A DNA stretch of 32,000 bases from Promethearchaeota archaeon (GTDB lineage Archaea; Asgardarchaeota; Odinarchaeia; Odinarchaeales; JBHLKK01), in contig JBHLPL010000002.1 in NCBI GenBank assembly GCA_048939465.1, forward strand, positions 5,608-37,607, written 5' to 3'. Both the position numbers and the translations under genes were made by a program. Positions 26,442 through 32,000 of this stretch are shown piece after piece. The notes below the pieces were generated by a model that was not told the DNA's origin, ran no database searches, and was given only the letters and a program-made list of their open reading frames with translations. Position 1 is the stretch's first letter. The number at the start of each line of letters is the position of its first letter.

Positions 26442-27020
26442 TTACAGAGATAATTCGGATTCTTCGATTTCTTGCTCAGGTTTTATGATGCGTTCTGGCT
26501 TTAACTCTTTTGGAATAATATCGTAAATTATTAAAGCAAATGCCAAATTAATACCGCCTTGTATAAGATTGAAAAGGTCTATTAATGGAAGCAGCCCCAG
26601 AACCACAGGTTCGGGGATGCCGTAGAAGATTGGCAGTAGTATCCAATTTGCAAGATGCATACTGGCAACTCTCAATCCAACTCCTCCGATGGTTGCAACC
26701 CACGGTTTTTTGGTTAGTTTATAACTGACTGCAAATCCGATGACCGTTAACCCCTCCGCCAGCCCTTTCATCACTCCGCCTCTTATGTTCCCCCTAAACG
26801 AAATTATGAGAAATGCCAAAAGACTCGTCGAAATTCCTGAAATAAAGCCAAACAAAAGCAGAGCCAACATTATTGGTATGCCGGTTGGGTCAAAGGTGAG
26901 GTTACTAAAAAGAGGGAAAGGAATATCAGTAATCCCAACTATTGGAAATAACTCACTAAGCACTACGAGAGCCCCAAGACATGCAGTACCAGCAACCATT
27001 ATTGATGCCTTTTCTGGCAA
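26442..27020 (-). CDS. ECF transporter S component-like membrane protein
   Basis: About six hydrophobic segments; IPFPLFSNLTFDPTGIP, FNLIQG. Confidence 0.7.
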   Translation of the reverse strand: MPEKASIMVAGTACLGALVVLSELFPIVGITDIPFPLFSNLTFDPTGIPIMLALLLFGFISGISTSLLAFLIISFRGNIRGGVMKGLAEGLTVIGFAVSYKLTKKPWVATIGGVGLRVASMHLANWILLPIFYGIPEPVVLGLLPLIDLFNLIQGGINLAFALIIYDIIPKELKPERIIKPEQEIEESELSL

Positions 27021-27071
27021 AGAAATCTCCTTTTTTCTCTTAGAAAGAATTGAAGGCAGTTAAATACTCTT

Positions 27072-27305
27072 TTGAGGACTTGGGTGGTAAAGAATGTTGT
27101 TCGAAGTCATCTGAGAGTTGACTGGAGGGGCCATCCTAAGGGTTGGCGAGAAGCCAACTCCCCCCTGAAGTTGAGTTTTCAGACTCTGATGCCAACTAAA
27201 TATGGGTGGCATTGGGAAAGGCAATTGTCAGCGCTATTGAAGCAAGCTAAGTCTCAGTAAAGAGGCTCTTTCATCCACTTGACGGGGGTCTGAGTAGTTC
27301 TGTGC
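27072..27305. other. Structured intergenic segment, possibly another IS-derived or ncRNA element
   Basis: Hairpins GTTGGC-GAGAA-GCCAAC and ATGCCA..TGGCAT; right-end-like GGGGGTCTGAGTAGTTC; no clear alignment to the other copies. Confidence 0.3.
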
Positions 27306-27354
27306 ATTATACTTGGCCTCTGATAGAAGGCCTCCTGCCACAGTAGAAGGCAGC

Positions 27355-28107
27355 TTATATAGCGGGAAGGACATTCCACAGTGCCTCAAAAAAAAGATTG
27401 AACACATTTATGAACTCTTGACGACTTGTATATACTCCTATCATTTCCCAGTGCTTGGACGGGGTGGCTATTAAGACTTCAGTTCTATCTGCAGACACCA
27501 ACCATAGGTCCCTCTTATTGTATCTCCTTATCAGAGCACCAAGCCTTTTGAGCCTGGCTATAGCCTTCGCATGCGTTTTTGAATTATTCTCAATATAGGA
27601 AGCCACTCTGATGTCAGCAGTATTAGGAATACCTTCAAGCAAAGGTATCTTAATATGATGAAACTCTTGAGCAATTATTAAGACTTCACTTTTAATATTG
27701 GCGAGCATCTCTTCCGTTTTATGCGTCAGTTCCTTTTTGCCTTTAAATAGCCAGAAGAGATCTGCTTGATTTATGGGGCGTTTTTCCCGTTGGTAGTACT
27801 CGGACAGATGGTGGATCAAAGTGCTCATTTCATCTTTAAGTCTATTAACAGTCGAGGCCAATGCTCTTTCGGGATTAGTAGGACGAAACCTTCGAGGCCT
27901 GCTAGGCTGAATCTCAACTAGCTCCTTGTTGCTGAGAGATTTTATTGTATCATAAATCCTAGATTGAGGGACGTGGCACCAATTGCTTATTTCACTTGCA
28001 GTTCCTGAGCCAAGACGCAGAAGCGTAGCGTAAACTTCCGCTTCGTATTCCGTTAAGCCCAGCCTTTTGAGTCCTTTAATGATGTCTGAAGGATGTCTCT
28101 TATCCAA
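27355..28107 (-). CDS. TrmB-family transcriptional regulator
   Basis: LKRLGLTEYEAEVY..L, ASEIS...VPQSRIYDTIKSL..KELVE...PRRF.P.NP. Confidence 0.9.
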   Translation of the reverse strand: MDKRHPSDIIKGLKRLGLTEYEAEVYATLLRLGSGTASEISNWCHVPQSRIYDTIKSLSNKELVEIQPSRPRRFRPTNPERALASTVNRLKDEMSTLIHHLSEYYQREKRPINQADLFWLFKGKKELTHKTEEMLANIKSEVLIIAQEFHHIKIPLLEGIPNTADIRVASYIENNSKTHAKAIARLKRLGALIRRYNKRDLWLVSADRTEVLIATPSKHWEMIGVYTSRQEFINVFNLFFEALWNVLPAI

Positions 28108-28415
28108 GTTATCGACTCCTTTAAGGCCATCAATCAGATACCAGAGTCTACCTGATAAGCTTAATCATTTCTTTGATTTCTTTTCAGAATCCGTCAATGT
28201 TTTTCCTTGCATTCAGATCTGGTTACATTAACTATAACACGCGAAGTTCAACGGTCTGTGGTCAGAAAATAAATTTGTCAGATAAGAGGTTTTCATCATC
28301 TCTTATTTTCAGATAACCATCTTACCGTCATTCGACTTATCTAGATCGCCATGTCAAAAAAAGGTTTCTATTTGGGAAAAAGGATAGGTTTTTTGCGGGA
28401 AGAGACCAATCAGAT

Positions 28416-29759
28416 TCATTTTCCAGCTACCTGAACATCTTCAAATCTCACATAAGGCGACACACAGCTGAACGCGGTAGCTCCAGAGATTATTTCTGCC
28501 TTATTCGAAATCCCTGAGATTTTGTTGATCATTTCGAAAAAGTCTCCAGACACAAGTCCGCCTTTAACAGCGTCCCCAATTTTGCCATTCTTAATATGAA
28601 ACGCGTTTCTTATTTCAGCAGAGAATTGACCTGAAGTTGGACTGGGGTTTAGCCAGCTAAACGAGTCCAAAAGCAATCCACTCTCTGTTTCCCCTATTAA
28701 TGCTTCCAAAGATTTGTTACCTGGTAAGATTCTTAGATTGGTCGCCTGATTCTTAGGCTTCATTTTGAACTTATTCTCCACATAGTAAGCTACGAATTGC
28801 TGGCGAATCCCATTTCCCGTCGACCTCTGACCATACTGAGAACCTAGATATTCATCGTAAAGGTAATTCTTGAAAACTCCTTTTTCAATAAGTTGAGTCG
28901 TGGCTTGGGGATTTCCTTCATCATCAAAGGGTGAGGACTGCATACCATAAGGAAATAGTCCGTCATCTAATACATTTAGGATTTCAGATGCGATTCTCTC
29001 ATTTGGTTTAAACTTCGAGAAACCTTCCTTCCGAGCCAGCCCAGTTGCGTGAACACCGATTGTGGGAACTAGTCCGTCACAAACCATCGCCGGAGAGAAG
29101 ATTATGGTCATTTTTCCTGTTTCAGGCTCTACTGCACGGAGCATTGAAATTGCGTTTTTTGACCATTCACTTATAAGCTTGGGAGGAGCATCTTGAACTC
29201 TTCTTGCGTACCTCATAGTCCAGTATTCGCCGATCTTGTTTGCTTCTTTGGCTTTTATAGCTATCTCCATAAACATGTAAGTCTCGTCCTTCGTTAGATT
29301 CACACCTTGACTATTCACGATCTCAGTCGTCATATTGTAACATCTTACCTTTCCAAAGGTAACTTCAGCCCCTTTCGGAAGATCTTCTTGCATCTGAGTA
29401 GTGTATTCTTCAATCACGGCTTCCGGCTCATTCCTTATTCTTGGATCTACGATTTCAACAGATTCTGTCGGGCGTGGAACAGGAAACGAGAAGTCAGGAA
29501 CCTCATTGATCTTCGCAATATCAAGAGCGGCGTCGACAGAGCGAGCAATGGACTCTTTTTTCAAACCGTATGAAAAAGCAAGTCCAACTCCTCCTTTGTG
29601 TGCAATCCTTACAGAATAGCCCACAGGTCTGGATGAGTTAATAAGAACGGTTTTCCCCTGTCTTATATGAGCTTCGGTAATCGTGGGTCTTTGAAGAAAG
29701 ATTTCGAAATGTTCGATCTTTTTATCATGAATATCTTTCAGTATAGGTTCATAGCTCAT
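28416..29759 (-). CDS. pmbA: TldE/PmbA family protein
   Basis: 447 aa; SSPFDDEG, LIEKGVFKNYLYD, STGNG, GLVSGDF; downstream partner of tldD. Confidence 0.88.
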   Translation of the reverse strand: MSYEPILKDIHDKKIEHFEIFLQRPTITEAHIRQGKTVLINSSRPVGYSVRIAHKGGVGLAFSYGLKKESIARSVDAALDIAKINEVPDFSFPVPRPTESVEIVDPRIRNEPEAVIEEYTTQMQEDLPKGAEVTFGKVRCYNMTTEIVNSQGVNLTKDETYMFMEIAIKAKEANKIGEYWTMRYARRVQDAPPKLISEWSKNAISMLRAVEPETGKMTIIFSPAMVCDGLVPTIGVHATGLARKEGFSKFKPNERIASEILNVLDDGLFPYGMQSSPFDDEGNPQATTQLIEKGVFKNYLYDEYLGSQYGQRSTGNGIRQQFVAYYVENKFKMKPKNQATNLRILPGNKSLEALIGETESGLLLDSFSWLNPSPTSGQFSAEIRNAFHIKNGKIGDAVKGGLVSGDFFEMINKISGISNKAEIISGATAFSCVSPYVRFEDVQVAGK

Positions 29760-29762
29760 TAT

Positions 29763-31136
29763 TCACCCTCCAGAGACTATACCCTCATCTACCCTAATTG
29801 GAGGTCCGCCGGAAGTGACTCCCACAAAATCCTCGTAACCTTTCCCACAGGTTCCTGGATCAAGCCGGAAATTCTTTCCGACAGCTGAGACCTTCTTAAG
29901 TAAGTCCAACACATTTCCAGATAGTGCTGCAGCTCGCAGCAGCTGAGTAGTCTCTCCTTCTTCAATTAAGTATGCCTTCATTGAACCTACCTGTATCCCG
30001 CCTCCCAGCGGGTCTTCCATTCCATGGCTGCCCTTAACCAGATAAATGCCGTGTTTTACATCTTCTATCAGCTCTTCCCAGCTATGATCGCCTTTCTCAA
30101 AGTAAGTGTTGGACATTCGGACGTAAATCCTTCTGCTGAAATCCTGCGCTCGTCCATTTGCTGTCACTTCTGCATCCATCATAGATGCAGTCTCTCGTGT
30201 ATGTATAAAGCCCTTAAGAACACCATTCTCGACTAAGATATTCTTCCGTGATTTGACTCCTTCGTCGTCGAAGTAATACGATCCGTATGCTCCCTCGAAT
30301 GCGCTATCGTCGCTGAGAGTTACCAACTCAGAGGCTACTTCCTTTCCCAAATAGTCTGACAAAAAGGAACGATTTCTAAGGACCTGATCTGCCTCTAACC
30401 CGTGACCAAAGCTCTCATGAGCAATAAGACCTGCCATTTGTTGATCTAAAACGACTGGAAATCTGCCGCTAGGGGTAGGTTTTGCGTCTAAAAGCTGAAT
30501 AGCTCCCTCCGCAGCTTCCTTGACAGCTCTTTCCTCATCGATTGATTTCACTACCTCATACCCGCCTTGTAATCCGCGCGAAAAATAATCATGTTGTACT
30601 TTTGCTCCTTCTCTGGCAATAGCAACGATCACTAATCGGATAACAGGGATTTTTTGCTTTAGGTAACTACCCTCAGAATTGACAACCGTTTTTTCTATCA
30701 AGGAGTGAGACACGTCTGTCCTGGCAGCAATGATTTTCGGATCAAATTGTTTAGTTGAATTGAAGAGCCCTCTCACTTTGCCGAGTTTCTCTTCTATTCC
30801 GACATCTGAGAACCGTATTTTCATTGGGTATTCTTTTTTAAGAGTCCACCCTTCACAAGGCTCATACGACGTTTTGGTTGTGGGTTTGAATGAAACTAGT
30901 TTTTCGACTTCTCTCAGAACTGTTTCCTTATCTAGCTGACTTACACCGGTGGAAAGCCATTGTTCTCCCTTCAGCACTCTTATAGAAATCCCTTCTGATA
31001 TGCCACTAGATATTTCTTCTTCAGTCATGCTCTTGAAGATTGAAAGGCTGTCCCTTCTCTGATATCTTGCGTCAAAATAATCACACCTACCAGAGGCTTT
31101 ATCTATAATTAGGTCAAGCAAATCGTCTGGATTCAT
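29763..31136 (-). CDS. tldD: TldD family metalloprotease
   Basis: HESFGHGLEAD (HExxxH), FDDEG, TANGRAQ, VRMSNTY, GTCGKG..V.V.SGGP; ATG 31136 follows GAGGG. Confidence 0.92.
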   Translation of the reverse strand: MNPDDLLDLIIDKASGRCDYFDARYQRRDSLSIFKSMTEEEISSGISEGISIRVLKGEQWLSTGVSQLDKETVLREVEKLVSFKPTTKTSYEPCEGWTLKKEYPMKIRFSDVGIEEKLGKVRGLFNSTKQFDPKIIAARTDVSHSLIEKTVVNSEGSYLKQKIPVIRLVIVAIAREGAKVQHDYFSRGLQGGYEVVKSIDEERAVKEAAEGAIQLLDAKPTPSGRFPVVLDQQMAGLIAHESFGHGLEADQVLRNRSFLSDYLGKEVASELVTLSDDSAFEGAYGSYYFDDEGVKSRKNILVENGVLKGFIHTRETASMMDAEVTANGRAQDFSRRIYVRMSNTYFEKGDHSWEELIEDVKHGIYLVKGSHGMEDPLGGGIQVGSMKAYLIEEGETTQLLRAAALSGNVLDLLKKVSAVGKNFRLDPGTCGKGYEDFVGVTSGGPPIRVDEGIVSGG

Positions 31137-31173
31137 AATCTTACCCTCAGTGTCTCTAATGAACAACACCCTA

Positions 31174-31404
31174 GTGAACTACCCTCCAGCTTTCGCAAGG
31201 GGCTTCCTCCCTCGAACTCTGAATCGTTATTGGGTCTCCCTCCGGACAGGCGAACACTAGGGAGGTTTGGAGCTGGTTCACTTCCCCTATCATTGCAGCC
31301 ACAGAATGCGAAACGGCCCTGCTCCTAAGCGTATAACCTAAGAGCCTTCGACCTATATTAATTGCTCCATTCAAATCATGATTATGCTCTAAGCCACAAT
31401 CCTT
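31174..31404 (-). pseudogene. tnpB: 3' fragment of an IS200/IS605 tnpB gene plus right end (copy C3)
   Basis: KDCGLEHNHDLNGAINIGRRLLGY = end of Zn finger plus RuvC-III motif; ends GAGGGAGGAAGCCCCTTGCGAAAGCTGGAGGGTAGTTCAC. Confidence 0.85.
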
Positions 31405-31509
31405 GTTAAGAGTCTTCTTGTGAAGAATAGATATAGAAAACGAACGATTGAGTCTTTAAGGAAGTAATAAAAGTCGGTTTTGGATTCTTGATCATAAGAG
31501 GCATTCGAA

Positions 31510-32000
31510 CTACACTCTTCGGCCACGTCTTCCTCCTTTTCTCCTAGTGCCGTCATGAGGAACAGGAGTCACCTCAGAGATTCGACCAATCCTAAGACCC
31601 GCCCTAGCTAAAGCGCGTATGGCAGCTTGAGCACCCGGTCCGGGTGTTCGAGGACCACTGCCGCCGGGAGCCCTTACTCGAATATGAATGGCCTGGATTC
31701 CTCTGTCCTTTGCAGCTTGAGCTACTCTAAATGCTGCTTGCATACCTGCATAGGGAGATGACTCATCGCGGTCTGCTTTTACTATTCGGCCGCCGCTGCA
31801 ACTCGCTATGGTCTCTGCTCCTGTTAGATCAGTTATGTGAACTATAGTATTGTTATAGCTCGAGTAGATATGGGCTATGGCCCATTTTGTCCTTCTGGGC
31901 CTTTTAACAACAGGTTTCGGCGCAGCAGCTCTTCTCTTTTCCTCGGGTTTCTTTTTCTCAGGCTCCTTTCTAGTTTTTTCCTTAGCTATTTCCGCCTTGG
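31510..32000 (-). CDS. rps11: 30S ribosomal protein S11 (uS11), 5' end outside the window, Lys/Glu-rich N-terminal extension
   Basis: [65 protein letters not shown]; frame stays open to the window edge. Confidence 0.96.
   Translation of the reverse strand, partial: KAEIAKEKTRKEPEKKKPEEKRRAAAPKPVVKRPRRTKWAIAHIYSSYNNTIVHITDLTGAETIASCSGGRIVKADRDESSPYAGMQAAFRVAQAAKDRGIQAIHIRVRAPGGSGPRTPGPGAQAAIRALARAGLRIGRISEVTPVPHDGTRRKGGRRGRRV

Noticed and set aside
413-30939. Numerous short ORFs overlapping annotated genes on the opposite strand or in another frame
   Set aside because: They overlap well-conserved genes and show no protein motifs or independent SDs that I could recognise

Overview
Core informational region of an archaeal chromosome. 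The proteins look TACK/Asgard-like, but the lineage cannot be fixed without a search. It carries kbl/tdh; rpoD-rpl18e-rpl13-rps9; rpoN-rps2-mvk and an ipk-fni fusion; rpl7ae-rps28e; rpl24e and ndk on the opposite strand; infB-rps6e-eif2g-PIN-rpoE1-rpoE2-DUF359-rps24e-rps27ae; then on the minus strand rps3ae, pcc1, recJ/GAN, rps15, rdgB, bud32, kae1, btpA, a flavin reductase, an ECF S component, trmB, pmbA, tldD and a partial rps11. Two hidden layers stand out. (1) Two normally essential genes, infB (aIF5B) and kae1, are each interrupted by a tiny frame-breaking insertion (29 nt and 25 nt). Each folds into a canonical bulge-helix-bulge (BHB) motif whose predicted cuts restore the conserved protein exactly, so they look like tRNA-type introns in mRNA. 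(2) At least seven IS200/IS605(TnpB)-derived non-coding elements sit in the intergenic gaps. Four are complete-looking 300-350 bp mini-elements forming two homologous pairs; the others are tnpB 3'/right-end remnants. Several right ends supply the stop codon of a host gene, and two left ends supply a Shine-Dalgarno (SD) site to the next gene. Several conserved genes also appear to use near-cognate start codons. No tRNA, rRNA or CRISPR array was recognised.
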